64,000 bases of DNA from Candidatus Latescibacterota bacterium (GTDB taxonomy: Bacteria; Latescibacterota; UBA2968; UBA8231), in assembly GCA_965203175.1 (NCBI GenBank), contig OZ241867.1, positions 864,001 to 928,000 of the forward strand, written 5' to 3'. The notes under the pieces were generated by a model that did no database searches, had not been told where the DNA came from, and saw nothing but the letters and a program-made list of their open reading frames with translations. The position numbers and the translations under genes are program-made. Below, piece after piece: positions 34,926 through 45,028 of the stretch (position 1 is the stretch's first letter; the number at the start of each line of letters is the position of its first letter).

Positions 34926-35702
34926 CTAGTACCCCAAGTCGGCGCGAACGCGCGCCATCTGTTGGCAGCCAGCCGCGAGAAACGGCTCGTCGCCACCAGC
35001 GAGAATCAGCGAAAAGCCGTCGTCTATGGCGCGTTGGATTGACTGCGGGTCGCCAGCCGGGCGATAGACCCCAATACCAGCGGGCTTACCAGCGCGGCGA
35101 GCGGCCGCGGCCAACTCGGCCTGAGCATCTTGGAAAACAGACCCCTCGTAGTCAAAGGGCACCCCCAGCGAGATGGACAGATCGACCGGGCCGATGACGA
35201 ACGTATCGACGCCCTCGACGGCAAGAATCTCGTCTATATTGGCGACCGCCTCGGCCGTCTCAATCAACGCGATGAATATCACCAAGTCGTTTATCTCCGC
35301 GAAGTACTCGTCAGTGCGCAACCCGTATTGGGCCGCTCGATGCGGTCCGAAACCGCGAATGCCAACCGGCGGATAGCGGCAGGCGCGCGCGCCTTCTGCG
35401 GCTTGGGCAGCGGTGTTGACGAACGGAGCGAGAATGCCCAGCGCGCCCATGTCGAGGTAGAGGCGGATCTGCTCTTCGTCGATGCGCGGCAGGCGGACGA
35501 TGGGCGTGGCCGGGGTATTGCCGATGGCCTGCAATTGCGCCTGTATGCCAGTGGGGGTTTGCGGCGCGTGTTCCGAGTCGATGACGAGAAAGTCAAAGCC
35601 CGAGTGGCCGCAGAGTTCGGCAATGGCCGGAGAGCCAAAGCGGAGCTGGGTACCAAAAGCGGGTTTGCCCGCGGCGAATTGATCTTTAATGCGATTGTGC
35701 AT
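34926..35702 (-). CDS. HpcH/HpaI-family aldolase
   Basis: GFDFLVIDSEH, LDMGA, YPPVGIRG, IETAEAV, IGPVDLS. Confidence 0.9.
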   Translation of the reverse strand: MHNRIKDQFAAGKPAFGTQLRFGSPAIAELCGHSGFDFLVIDSEHAPQTPTGIQAQLQAIGNTPATPIVRLPRIDEEQIRLYLDMGALGILAPFVNTAAQAAEGARACRYPPVGIRGFGPHRAAQYGLRTDEYFAEINDLVIFIALIETAEAVANIDEILAVEGVDTFVIGPVDLSISLGVPFDYEGSVFQDAQAELAAAARRAGKPAGIGVYRPAGDPQSIQRAIDDGFSLILAGGDEPFLAAGCQQMARVRADLGY

Positions 35703-35762
35703 GTAGTCTCCTAACAAACGTTACATACCATCCTGCCTATGTGCTAAGCACTGTCCTTACCT

Positions 35763-35788
35763 ATCATGCTGAGCGCAAGCGAAGCATC
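35763..35788. repeat. REP-like hairpin ATCATGCTGAGCGCAAGCGAAGCATC
   Basis: ATGCT/AGCAT stem; resembles the widespread GTCATCCTGAGCGAAGCGAAGGATC-type intergenic repeat; single copy in window. Confidence 0.45.
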
Positions 35789-35816
35789 CCATACCCGTAA
35801 CATCAATTCTTAATTC

Positions 35817-37712
35817 TTAATTCCACGGCAGAGCGTACGAGGGCTTATTGACGAAACGCTCCATCCCCAAGTCGAGCCGAATCGCCGATCCAGGCTGGAG
35901 GCAGACGGTGAAGTGGCGACCCTGTACGGCGACCGTTTTGTCCTCCAGTTGCCCCTGAACGTTCTGCTGATATTGGGTGGCATGCGAGTGTCCCGCACCG
36001 GCTTCCTCAGCCGAGAGGGGCCGGCGCTGCTGATAGGCAACGCGGGTGAAGCTGTGCTCGCCAAAAGCGCCGGCCTGCAGCAATACCTCGCGCTCTTCCG
36101 TCGGGTGCAGATTGACCAAGTGCAGGACAGCCCGCTCATCTGCCAGCGATTCCACCAAGGCGGCCACGTCTAACGGCAAGCCCGGGCGGCGGCGTTGCGG
36201 GTCGAAGTAGCGCAGGCGAGCCATGAGCAGGCCGCCGTTGTACATGAAGAGCGGGGCACCCATCGTCAGTTGCACCAAACCCTCGACAGTGATGGGATTG
36301 CGCACCTGCAGGTATGCATCGCTGTACGTAGCAGGATCTTGCTGATCGTCGCGCATGAAGGCCAAGCGCTGATATACTTGCGCGTGGTTGTGCCGCAGAA
36401 TGTCCACCGGGTAGTCCGGGTATTCGCCTTCGAGATACGCGGTCCAAGCAGCTTCGTGGCCGCCGCCGTGCTTGGAAAAGTGCGAGCTTACCTGCCGCCA
36501 GTTGTCGCTGTCGTAGTTGCGCTGCTGTTTGAGCCGCGCCAAGTCCTCTTGCTGCATGCTCATGTACCAGAGGTGGGTCGTGGGATGGGCCTGCATGGGG
36601 CTGTACCCGTCCCAGCCTTTGTCGTGGTAGAAGTGCGGCGCGTACAGCGTCTGCCCTCTCATTTCTCCCTGCTGCATCAGCACGTCGATTTGCGAGCGCG
36701 GAAAGTCCATGTAGCGCAAATCGCCGGAGAGCAAGGCCGCGTTTTCCGCAGCCGCAATGCAGGCGTCGCTCAGGTGGTGCCAGCCGTGCGGCCACGTCCA
36801 GCCGTAGTACCCGCCGTACCACTTGCCGTCGATGTATTCGCCGATCTGCCCCGACAGGCCAACGTTGTCGGGCAGGATGCCGTTGTTTTGCCGGGTGCGC
36901 TCGATCCACGCGTTGGTGTATTCCTCGACCCAGGCTCGGTACTTGTCGTCGCCGCTGCACAGGTAGGCGTTGGTCACCATGCTAGTAGCGGCGAGGTTGC
37001 AGGCCACATCGCCGCGGCTCATGCGCTCGACGAGGGTTTGGCCCATCTTCTCTTCCATGCCCGGCTTTTGCAAATCCTCGACCGTCTCAATGCCGGGAAT
37101 GTCGTGAAAGGGCAAAGGCCAAGGTTTCCACTGGGCGTAGCGATAGACCGTGTAGTGCTTTTCAAAATTGCGGTGCGCCGGTCCCATGCTGCCATTGTGA
37201 GCGCAGCGGATGAGCTTTTTCTCCGCGTCGTAGTTGGGGGCCTCGGGGTCTTCGTTGAGATAAAAGCCCGCATAGCGCTTGGCGCGCTCGACGTTCTTTT
37301 CGGTCGGATCGGCGAGGCACAGCAAATAGAAAAACAAGTACCCCTCGCCTTGGTGCATCCAGTCGTAGCCTTGCTCGTATTCTTTGACGATCATGGGATG
37401 GCCGTGGCCGGTATCGTAGCGGGTGAACTGCCGGGTGATGCCCTCCCAAGTGCGGTGGGAATATTCGAGCATGTGATCGCCGCCGCCCATCAAGTAAAAA
37501 AGCGGCCAGTTGTGGAAGCTCTCGTACGCGTCGTCGAGGCCATCGATGCTGCTGAAGTCCTCTGTGGGCGGCCACAGCACCGAACCGTCCGGGCGCACGT
37601 AGCGCTCCATGAGCGGATGGACGGAGGCGTCCATCAGGTCGATTAGGCTGCGCTCGAGAACGGCCCATTGGGGCGGCTCGACAAACGGTATGTTCCCTTC
37701 GATTCTTACCAC
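35817..37712 (-). CDS. Conserved hypothetical cytoplasmic enzyme (Trp/Tyr-rich, possible alpha/alpha-toroid glycoside hydrolase or lyase)
   Basis: 631 aa, host-like codon usage; DDAYESFHNWP, DWMHQGEG, WYGGYYGWTWPHG, RYFDPQRRRPGLP. Confidence 0.7.
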   Translation of the reverse strand: MVRIEGNIPFVEPPQWAVLERSLIDLMDASVHPLMERYVRPDGSVLWPPTEDFSSIDGLDDAYESFHNWPLFYLMGGGDHMLEYSHRTWEGITRQFTRYDTGHGHPMIVKEYEQGYDWMHQGEGYLFFYLLCLADPTEKNVERAKRYAGFYLNEDPEAPNYDAEKKLIRCAHNGSMGPAHRNFEKHYTVYRYAQWKPWPLPFHDIPGIETVEDLQKPGMEEKMGQTLVERMSRGDVACNLAATSMVTNAYLCSGDDKYRAWVEEYTNAWIERTRQNNGILPDNVGLSGQIGEYIDGKWYGGYYGWTWPHGWHHLSDACIAAAENAALLSGDLRYMDFPRSQIDVLMQQGEMRGQTLYAPHFYHDKGWDGYSPMQAHPTTHLWYMSMQQEDLARLKQQRNYDSDNWRQVSSHFSKHGGGHEAAWTAYLEGEYPDYPVDILRHNHAQVYQRLAFMRDDQQDPATYSDAYLQVRNPITVEGLVQLTMGAPLFMYNGGLLMARLRYFDPQRRRPGLPLDVAALVESLADERAVLHLVNLHPTEEREVLLQAGAFGEHSFTRVAYQQRRPLSAEEAGAGHSHATQYQQNVQGQLEDKTVAVQGRHFTVCLQPGSAIRLDLGMERFVNKPSYALPWN

Positions 37713-37722
37713 TTTAGCCTCC

Positions 37723-39402
37723 TCATGTGTTGCGGACGAGGGCCTCTACCTGTGCGCGGAAGACCTCGATTTGCGCCGCGTACTCGTGGCGCAATTGGAT
37801 GATGAATTGCCCAAAGAGCCGCTCCTGCTTTTGTCGGCGCACCAGTGCCCGAGCGCGGCGCTCGGCCTGTGCAAAGGGCCTCGGTGCGGCGTTGATCGTC
37901 GAATCGAGCAAGCGGAAAATGGCGTAGTACGGGCCGCTGATCGGCTCGGAGCTCAGCACCTCGGCGGCAGTAACCTCCAAGGCAATCGGACCGATGAGTG
38001 CGCCGACTTTTTGCCCTTGTGCCGCCTCAAAGAGTGGTACGAACTGCTGCTTCTCCCAAGGATGCAGATGAAACTCGCCTTGGTGGGCTTTGCCGCGGCG
38101 GCGCAGGGTGTGCTCCGCGGCCAGCGCGCCCAAGTCGCCGCCGCGCTCCACTTCCTCGCGCAATGCGAGCGCCTCCTCCTCTGTGCGAACTAAAATTTCC
38201 TGTACGCCGATCGATTCGAGGGGGCGGAAAAGGTTGGGATGGCGGTCGTAGAACGCTTGGGCTTCTTCGCGGCTGGCGAAGACGCCATCGACCACGTCCC
38301 GGCGCATGGCCACCAGCAAGTTCGATAGCTGCCGCTCTTGGAACCAAGCGACCACTGCTTCTTCGCGATCAACGCCCGCCGTGTACGCGCCGGCCAAGAG
38401 CAGCGCGCGCGGCTCGACGATGTCTCGGACGAACCAGTCGAACTGCTCGGGCGCGTCCTCTGGAAAGCCAACGCCTAGTTCGCGGGCAAAATCGAGCAGA
38501 TCGCCGATGGTAAATGTGCCGCTCTCGTGCTCGTAGATCGGCTGCTCGCGCTCCTCTGCAGAAAACGCCTTGGCACCCTGCCCAATGCGCCCGCGCACGC
38601 GCTCCAAGGCTTGGTCGTGAACCACAAAGTCGAGTTCCTGCCGCAAGCGAGCCGACAGCGCCTGTACGGCCGGCGGCAGCTTCTCCTTGAGTAGCTCGGC
38701 CTCGATGACCGACTGCACGACCGAGAGCTTGACCGGCGCTTCGGCTGTTATCTCGTACACGCCGAACTGGTCGTTGAAGAGCACCGGCTCCGAGAACTGA
38801 CCCGGTGCCAACGGAAAGACCTTCTCCTGCAAGATGCGTGGGTACAGCTCGTCCTTGATCAGGTAGCGGCCCTCCTCTAGCTGGGTCGCGTCGAGCAGGT
38901 TGTGGCTAGCCCATGTGTCGAAATCGTCGCCGCCCTCCAAGGCCGCCTTGATCGCTCGCGCCTCTTCTATTGTGGCAACTACGATGCGCCGCACTTGCAC
39001 GGCGCGGTCGCGGCCTGTCTCTCGCTGGTGGGCCAGCATTTCCTCTTGCGTGTGGACGATCTTGTCGTACACCTCTAGCTGCAAAAAGCGGCGCAAGACG
39101 CGGTCGTTATGCAGCTTGTCCATCTTGCGGCGGAAGTCGGCGCGCTGGTCGAGGCCCCGCTTTTTGGCCTCCAGGACCATGAGCTCCTTGTCGATTATGG
39201 TCTGCAGGTAGTCGAAATAGGCATCCGCACCCGTCTTCTTGCTCCGCAGATCGGGATGTAGCCTTTCTTCAAACTCCAGCAATTGAGGGGCGTCGATTTC
39301 CACCTCGCCGACTCGGGCCACCACCAAGTCCTCGGTGGGGGTGCCGCAGCTCCAGCAAACGAGGAGCCACAGCCAATATACCGCGTGCTTCGATCTACTC
39401 AC
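37723..39402 (-). CDS. PpiC/SurA-type peptidyl-prolyl isomerase-like lipoprotein with two rotamase domains
   Basis: Lipobox-like VCWSC; VVARVG, LQTIIDKELMVLEAKKRGLD, RRIVVATIEEA, EILVRTEEEA, FSEPV; probable GTG start overlapping upstream stop. Confidence 0.78.
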   Translation of the reverse strand: MSRSKHAVYWLWLLVCWSCGTPTEDLVVARVGEVEIDAPQLLEFEERLHPDLRSKKTGADAYFDYLQTIIDKELMVLEAKKRGLDQRADFRRKMDKLHNDRVLRRFLQLEVYDKIVHTQEEMLAHQRETGRDRAVQVRRIVVATIEEARAIKAALEGGDDFDTWASHNLLDATQLEEGRYLIKDELYPRILQEKVFPLAPGQFSEPVLFNDQFGVYEITAEAPVKLSVVQSVIEAELLKEKLPPAVQALSARLRQELDFVVHDQALERVRGRIGQGAKAFSAEEREQPIYEHESGTFTIGDLLDFARELGVGFPEDAPEQFDWFVRDIVEPRALLLAGAYTAGVDREEAVVAWFQERQLSNLLVAMRRDVVDGVFASREEAQAFYDRHPNLFRPLESIGVQEILVRTEEEALALREEVERGGDLGALAAEHTLRRRGKAHQGEFHLHPWEKQQFVPLFEAAQGQKVGALIGPIALEVTAAEVLSSEPISGPYYAIFRLLDSTINAAPRPFAQAERRARALVRRQKQERLFGQFIIQLRHEYAAQIEVFRAQVEALVRNT

Positions 39403-42253
39403 TAAGTCCTGCTTGCACTGTGACAAAAGTCAATCCACTGGTTTCGATGCGAGCCTTCTCCTCCGCGAGCTCTATTCGCCGCTTGTCAATGCGCAGCCCC
39501 ACTTGGGACATGAGCTTATAGCCCAAGTACGAAGTTGTATTGGACAATTGCACGGCAAAGGACGTCTCGTTGTAATCCCCGGTGGTATCACCTGCGTTGA
39601 CGGTGGCCTCGTCCACGACCATGTCGCGGAAACGCAAGTACTCCGTGCCGAACTGTACGACCGACCGTTTCATAAAGGGCACCTTTACCAATACCGAGGC
39701 CAGCGCGCTCCAATCGCGGCGCTCGGCCGTGGGGGTACCTAGCTGGCGCTCAATATTGAACGGAGTATCGTCCATGAACAACTCGTGCTTGAGGCGCGGC
39801 AGCGCGGTTATGCGGCCTAGATGCAGTGGGTACTCGGCCTTGTTGATCAGCCCCAAGCGCCGCGCATTGCGTTGCAAGGAACGGCCATCGCGGTCAACGG
39901 CATCTTCTCGCCGTTGCTGCATGAATTCATACAGCAGCTTGCTCTCGCTCTGGAGGCCAGCGCGGCCGCGGCGCTCAGCGCCTATCCACAGCTTGTTGAC
40001 CAAGGCATCGCCCATGCCCAGTGGATCGCGGATGGCGATCATGCCGCCGGGGGAATTGCTCGAGCGGCCGAGCACGGGGCGCAGTTGAATCCACTGCACC
40101 AAGTCTTCGGCGATCGCATCGGCAGCCCACTTGAACGAATTATACGCCGTCAGCGTGCCCAATCCGGCAAAGCTCTGTTCGTACGCCAGCAGGGCATAGT
40201 ACGTGCGGTTGCGCGCACCCGTCGTCGGCTTGCGCTCCCACACCTGCCCAGTCGTCAGCTTGAGTTCGGGCCGGAGCTCCGCGCTGAGATAGGCGTTGTA
40301 CCCACGCCGGTCGCGCTTGTAGGGGTAGTCGGGCTCTTCGTCGTTTTCAAAGCGGTCGCCCCAGCCATTGTTGTTCAAATCGAGGGCAAAGAGATACTCG
40401 GGGCGATCGACATTGTAGCGGAGAAAAGGCTCTTCGTAGTCGGGCAAGAAATTGGGACGCTCGCGCAGGTCGTTTTGATTGAAGTCGGAAATAAAGTCGT
40501 TGTTCTCGTCGAGGCCGGGGAAGACCGCGTCGTCGGCAAAACCCTCAAAGGTGCGCGCGCGGCCCTGGCGCTGCTCACCGATGCGGCCGTCGTCAAAGCG
40601 GCGCTTTTGGTCGTTGATGCGGTCGTTGTCGTCGTTGTCATCGACAAAGTCGTACACGTGTCGCGACCGCGCTTCGTCGTCGTTGGACCAATCCACCCGG
40701 CCGCCGCTATCGACAAAGCGCGGGCTCGTGTCGTACTCGGCGTCTAGGCCGAATGCCTCGCCAAAAAAGTAAAACGGCGCAAAGCGGCGAGAGACATTGA
40801 CCATCCAGCCGAGGGCCGCGCGATCCCCGCCAATGCCCGAGGACGCCTTGTGCGTATCCCGTGTCCGCGTCGGGTACTGGGTGAACTGGTGGTTGACGTT
40901 GAATTCGCCGTACACGCGGAAGCCAACCCAATCGTCGGCCTGAAGCGTCAGCCCGGCCACCTGCGTCGCCGTCGGCAGTCCGTAGTCAAAGACTACCGTC
41001 CGCTGGTTGGAGTTGTCCCAGACGTTGCCCTCGGCCCGGGCGACCGTGCGAAACTGCGGCTGCTCGCCGCTGGGACTGTTGTCGGTCTGGCGGTTGGACG
41101 TGACCTCTACCTTGTAGTCGTTGCCCAACACCAAACGGAAGCGCACCCGGCTGATTTGGTTGACCAAGTCCGCGCTCGGCACTACAGATTCTAGATCCGC
41201 GACCGCTGGATCTTCGTCAGAAAACACGTATTCAAGCAAGATCTGGCTCGCCTCGCCCCGGCCCTCGGCCGTCAGAAAACCGCCCCGCTCGATTCCACCG
41301 ACGATGCGCGGCGCAAAGCCAATCTCGCTGCCAATCAGCAGGGTGTCGCGGTCGCCGATCCGCGTCTCAATCTCAATATCGCTGCCAAAAAGCACGGCTC
41401 CACCGCCCTCGTCTTCGGGCGAATCGTCGGTCAGCCGCACCACGATGCGGTCGATGCGTCCGTCTAGCTGGCCGCTCGTCAGCTTGCCCTTGAGCGGGTG
41501 GCCCTCAAAGCGGTCGGAAGCCGTCCGGCCGTTGTGCGCGTTGAGAAAGGTGCCGCCGATCCGCGTCGTAGCGCCCAAGTCCAAGACCACGCGCCCGCCG
41601 ATGAGGTTGGTGAAATTGTCCTCTGTCACGGGAAAGGGGTCCGTGCGGAACAGCGGCAGGTTGATCCGCGACATCAGCACGGTGGCCGTCAGGCGGTCGG
41701 CCGCGTAGTTGAACATAACCCCATTGTACGCGGTCTTGCGAAAGGTCATGGGCGTCAGCATGGCGAAGATCTCGTCGCCGATGAGCACTGAGAAGTAGTG
41801 CTGGCCCTTGGTGTCGCCGGCAATGACCAAGTTGCGGAACCACGAGCCGTATTGGCCGGCCTGCAAAATGCCCGAACCGCCCGAGCCGGTCGGCTGGACC
41901 TGACGCCAGTCGTAGATCAACCAGCCCTTGTTCAAGAAGCGCCCGTAGAGGTCGTAGAAGTACCCACCCTCCAACCCCGGATCGAGGTAGCGCCGATAGG
42001 AGTCCCGCGCGTAGTTAGTGTAGGCCCACTGGCGACGGTACTCGCCGGCAATTTCCTGCGGCAGATACCACTTCTGCAACGAGGGATAGACGGCCTCCAT
42101 GCGCAGTCCCGTGCCGGCCGAATAGTAGATCGGCTGGCCCGTTTCGATGCGGCCCAAGCGGCTGCCGTAATCCTCGCGCTGGGCGCTGAGCGGCGCGGCC
42201 CCAAGCAGCGCGACCCAGCAGAGAGCGCCGACGCGGCGCAAGCTGGCGTTCAT
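39395..42253 (-). CDS. Large secreted hypothetical protein, putative outer-membrane beta-barrel with Asp-rich block (paralog B)
   Basis: Signal peptide; many amphipathic beta-strand segments; DENNDFISDFNQND, DLNNNGWGDRFEND; colinear with 42258-45014. Confidence 0.7.
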   Translation of the reverse strand: MNASLRRVGALCWVALLGAAPLSAQREDYGSRLGRIETGQPIYYSAGTGLRMEAVYPSLQKWYLPQEIAGEYRRQWAYTNYARDSYRRYLDPGLEGGYFYDLYGRFLNKGWLIYDWRQVQPTGSGGSGILQAGQYGSWFRNLVIAGDTKGQHYFSVLIGDEIFAMLTPMTFRKTAYNGVMFNYAADRLTATVLMSRINLPLFRTDPFPVTEDNFTNLIGGRVVLDLGATTRIGGTFLNAHNGRTASDRFEGHPLKGKLTSGQLDGRIDRIVVRLTDDSPEDEGGGAVLFGSDIEIETRIGDRDTLLIGSEIGFAPRIVGGIERGGFLTAEGRGEASQILLEYVFSDEDPAVADLESVVPSADLVNQISRVRFRLVLGNDYKVEVTSNRQTDNSPSGEQPQFRTVARAEGNVWDNSNQRTVVFDYGLPTATQVAGLTLQADDWVGFRVYGEFNVNHQFTQYPTRTRDTHKASSGIGGDRAALGWMVNVSRRFAPFYFFGEAFGLDAEYDTSPRFVDSGGRVDWSNDDEARSRHVYDFVDDNDDNDRINDQKRRFDDGRIGEQRQGRARTFEGFADDAVFPGLDENNDFISDFNQNDLRERPNFLPDYEEPFLRYNVDRPEYLFALDLNNNGWGDRFENDEEPDYPYKRDRRGYNAYLSAELRPELKLTTGQVWERKPTTGARNRTYYALLAYEQSFAGLGTLTAYNSFKWAADAIAEDLVQWIQLRPVLGRSSNSPGGMIAIRDPLGMGDALVNKLWIGAERRGRAGLQSESKLLYEFMQQRREDAVDRDGRSLQRNARRLGLINKAEYPLHLGRITALPRLKHELFMDDTPFNIERQLGTPTAERRDWSALASVLVKVPFMKRSVVQFGTEYLRFRDMVVDEATVNAGDTTGDYNETSFAVQLSNTTSYLGYKLMSQVGLRIDKRRIELAEEKARIETSGLTFVTVQAGLSE

Positions 42254-42257
42254 GCCG

Positions 42258-45014
42258 CTACTCCAGCCCCGCGTACACGGTTATGAAGCTGGTGCTAAAG
42301 GCGCTGACTTCATTGGTCCGCTCCAAGTCTTCGCTGCCAATAATCACCCGCTCCTCCCACAAGCGCGTATAGCTAAAGCCAAACTGCGTCGTCAGCCGGT
42401 AGCCCAAGTAGGAACCAGCGCTGGACCATTGCAGGGCCAACACCAAGTTGCGGAAATCGCCCGTAGGCCCAGCCGGGCCGTTGGCGAGCTGTTCGTCCTC
42501 GTCGAGGACCAAGTCCCGGAACAGGGAAAACTCAACGCCCGTTTCTACCAGCGACTGGCTCAATAGCGGATGGCTCAGCAGCACGATACCCGTGCCGACC
42601 CACTCTTTGCGGTCCTCAGCGCGCGCTTCGAGCGCTGTCTGGTTGAGATACTCGCTCTTGACCTTGGGCTGCAACTTGAAGCCAGCCAAGCCAAAGGTGT
42701 AATCCGCTTTGTTGATCAACCCAATCAAGTGGCTGCCTTGGTTGAGCGCCGGGCCTTTGACGCGGCTTTTGAACGCGCTGCCCTGCTGCCAAAAGCGCTC
42801 GTACTTGAACTTGTTGATCGCATTTAGGTTGTCGAGCGGCTGGTAGTCGAGTTGCAAATAGGTCGTGTTGATCCACGTGTCCCGCGCCGGCAGAATGTCG
42901 CGCACCAGCGCGAGCGAGTTGACTTCGAGGTGCGGCGTCATCTCGCGCCGGTCATCGGCGATATCGTCTTCCACGCGCCGCAGCATCTCAAAGGCCCGCA
43001 ACCGGCCCCACGTGAAGTCGCGGTCGTAAGTCAGCAGACCATACGCGGCGCGGTTGCGCCCGTCGGAAGCCATACTCTCTTCGCTCAGCCTGCCCAACGT
43101 CAGCCGCGTGTGCGGGTCAAGAAAAATGCCGGCGTACAGGTTGTAGCCCCGGCGATCGACCTTGTAGGGGTAGTCGGGTAAGTCGTCGTTTTCAAAGCGG
43201 TCGATCCAACCATTGTTGTTCAGGTCGATGCCGAACAAAAACTCCGGGCGATCAGCCGCATAGCGGAAGAAGGGTTCTTCGTAGTCCGGGATGCGGTTGT
43301 TGAGGATGCGATTGTCGTTTTGGTTGAAGTCGGAGACAAAGTCGTTGTTCTCGTCCCACCCCGGGAAGACGGCCACATCGCCGCCGCCCTGCGAAAAGCG
43401 GAACCAATCGGCCGAGCGGTCTTGGTCGTCGTTGTCGTCGACCAACTCGTACAGGGACGTGCGCGGATTGTCGTAGGTAATGTCCCCGCCGTCGTCCACG
43501 ATAAACGAACTCGTCGAGTAATCCGGGTCCATGCTGTACGCCTCGCCGAAAAAGTAAAACGGCGCGGCCACCTTTGAGGCGTTGATCATCCAAGCCTCGG
43601 CGTCGCGGGCGTGCGTGGCCAGCGAGCGATCGGCTGCTTGGCGCGCTGGGTTGGGGTACTGGCTGTACGCGCGGCTGACGTCGAATTCCGCGTATAGGTC
43701 CACGCCCTTGATATCCGTGGCTTCTACAGTGAAGCCGTAGATCAAGCGGGACGATGGCAAGCCATAGTCGAAGACGACCCGCTGCTGATTGGAATTGTCC
43801 TGCACATTGCCCTCGGCGCTGAGGATGTCGAACAACGCCGGGGACTGATCTTCAACGTCCTGGCCCGTCAGCGGCAAGACCGGCAGCGCGCGGCTGCCCG
43901 TCTGCCGGTCGGACCAAACCTGCACCTTGTAGTCATTGGCCAAGACTAAGTCGAACTGCACGGCGACGAGTTCCGAGGGACGCGGGCCGGTATAGGCGAT
44001 ATCCGTGAAGTCGTAGTTGATGACGATCTTCTCGTCGCCATCGGCCGCCAAGGCCCCTTCCTTGGGTGCCCCGCCCGAGACCACGGGCCACCGCGCCGGA
44101 TCGGAGACCACGTCGCGGAGCCTAAATTGCTCGCGCTCCCCCGTCTCTGGATCCTCGCTCGTCAAGAGGATGTCGTGCGAAAACAAGGTCGCTCCACCCC
44201 GACCGTCCTCGGGCGAGTCGTCGCTGAGGACCAGGGCAAGGCCCGAGACCGGCAGGCTGCCCTGATTGGCCGCGAGGGTGCCGACGAAGGGGTTGCGCTC
44301 AAACGCATCGGCCACCGTGGTGGAGTTGCGCGCATTGACTAAATTGGCCCCCACGGCCACGAAATCGCCGATCTGCACTACGGCGCGGCCAGCCATCAGG
44401 TTGGTGGCATTGGAGATGCCAGTGGGGGCGGTGGGCGTGCTGCCGATGACCGGGCGGCTCACCCGCGAAAAGAGCAGGGTGCCCTCGTACTTGTCCGCGG
44501 CAAAGTCCATCTGCACGCCGCTGAAGGCCGGCTTGGAGAAGGTGAGCGGGGTCAGGGTCGTGCGGATTCGATCGCCCACTGTGATTGCATAATAGAACTG
44601 CCCCTGCGAGTCCGAGCTAATGGTGACCGCATTGAACCAGTTGTTAAAGCGCGGATCCTTGAAGATGGACGAACCAAATTGCACGGGTTGGTTCTGGGTC
44701 CAGTCGTAGATGAGCCAGCCGCGCGTCAAGTAGTTGCCGTACAGGTCGTAGAACGGAGAGCCTTCAATCGTGGTGCTGACGTAGCGCTCGTACGCGTCGC
44801 GCGCGTAGTTGGTGTACTGCCACTGCTGCCAACCGTAGTCGGCAAACAACTCCTGCGGCACGTACCAGCGCTTGATCGTTGGATCCAAGGCGTCGAAGAG
44901 CACGCCCGGCCCTCGCGGTTCATAGGTGATGTCCGCGCCCCAGCGCCGGCCTTGGGCATGGGCACCTATCGCCGCGATGAGCAAGGCGGCGAGTATCCAC
45001 CGTAGGTCTCGCAT
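42258..45014 (-). CDS. Large secreted hypothetical protein, putative outer-membrane beta-barrel with Asp-rich block (paralog A)
   Basis: Signal peptide ending AHA; DENNDFVSDFNQND, DLNNNGWIDRFEND; terminal strand FITVYAGL. Confidence 0.7.
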   Translation of the reverse strand: MRDLRWILAALLIAAIGAHAQGRRWGADITYEPRGPGVLFDALDPTIKRWYVPQELFADYGWQQWQYTNYARDAYERYVSTTIEGSPFYDLYGNYLTRGWLIYDWTQNQPVQFGSSIFKDPRFNNWFNAVTISSDSQGQFYYAITVGDRIRTTLTPLTFSKPAFSGVQMDFAADKYEGTLLFSRVSRPVIGSTPTAPTGISNATNLMAGRAVVQIGDFVAVGANLVNARNSTTVADAFERNPFVGTLAANQGSLPVSGLALVLSDDSPEDGRGGATLFSHDILLTSEDPETGEREQFRLRDVVSDPARWPVVSGGAPKEGALAADGDEKIVINYDFTDIAYTGPRPSELVAVQFDLVLANDYKVQVWSDRQTGSRALPVLPLTGQDVEDQSPALFDILSAEGNVQDNSNQQRVVFDYGLPSSRLIYGFTVEATDIKGVDLYAEFDVSRAYSQYPNPARQAADRSLATHARDAEAWMINASKVAAPFYFFGEAYSMDPDYSTSSFIVDDGGDITYDNPRTSLYELVDDNDDQDRSADWFRFSQGGGDVAVFPGWDENNDFVSDFNQNDNRILNNRIPDYEEPFFRYAADRPEFLFGIDLNNNGWIDRFENDDLPDYPYKVDRRGYNLYAGIFLDPHTRLTLGRLSEESMASDGRNRAAYGLLTYDRDFTWGRLRAFEMLRRVEDDIADDRREMTPHLEVNSLALVRDILPARDTWINTTYLQLDYQPLDNLNAINKFKYERFWQQGSAFKSRVKGPALNQGSHLIGLINKADYTFGLAGFKLQPKVKSEYLNQTALEARAEDRKEWVGTGIVLLSHPLLSQSLVETGVEFSLFRDLVLDEDEQLANGPAGPTGDFRNLVLALQWSSAGSYLGYRLTTQFGFSYTRLWEERVIIGSEDLERTNEVSAFSTSFITVYAGLE

Positions 45015-45028
45015 TAGACCCTCCCTAA

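Noticed and set aside
36195-37646. 483-aa plus-strand ORF
   Set aside because: Antisense shadow of the 631-aa minus-strand gene; no recognisable motifs; common in GC-rich DNA
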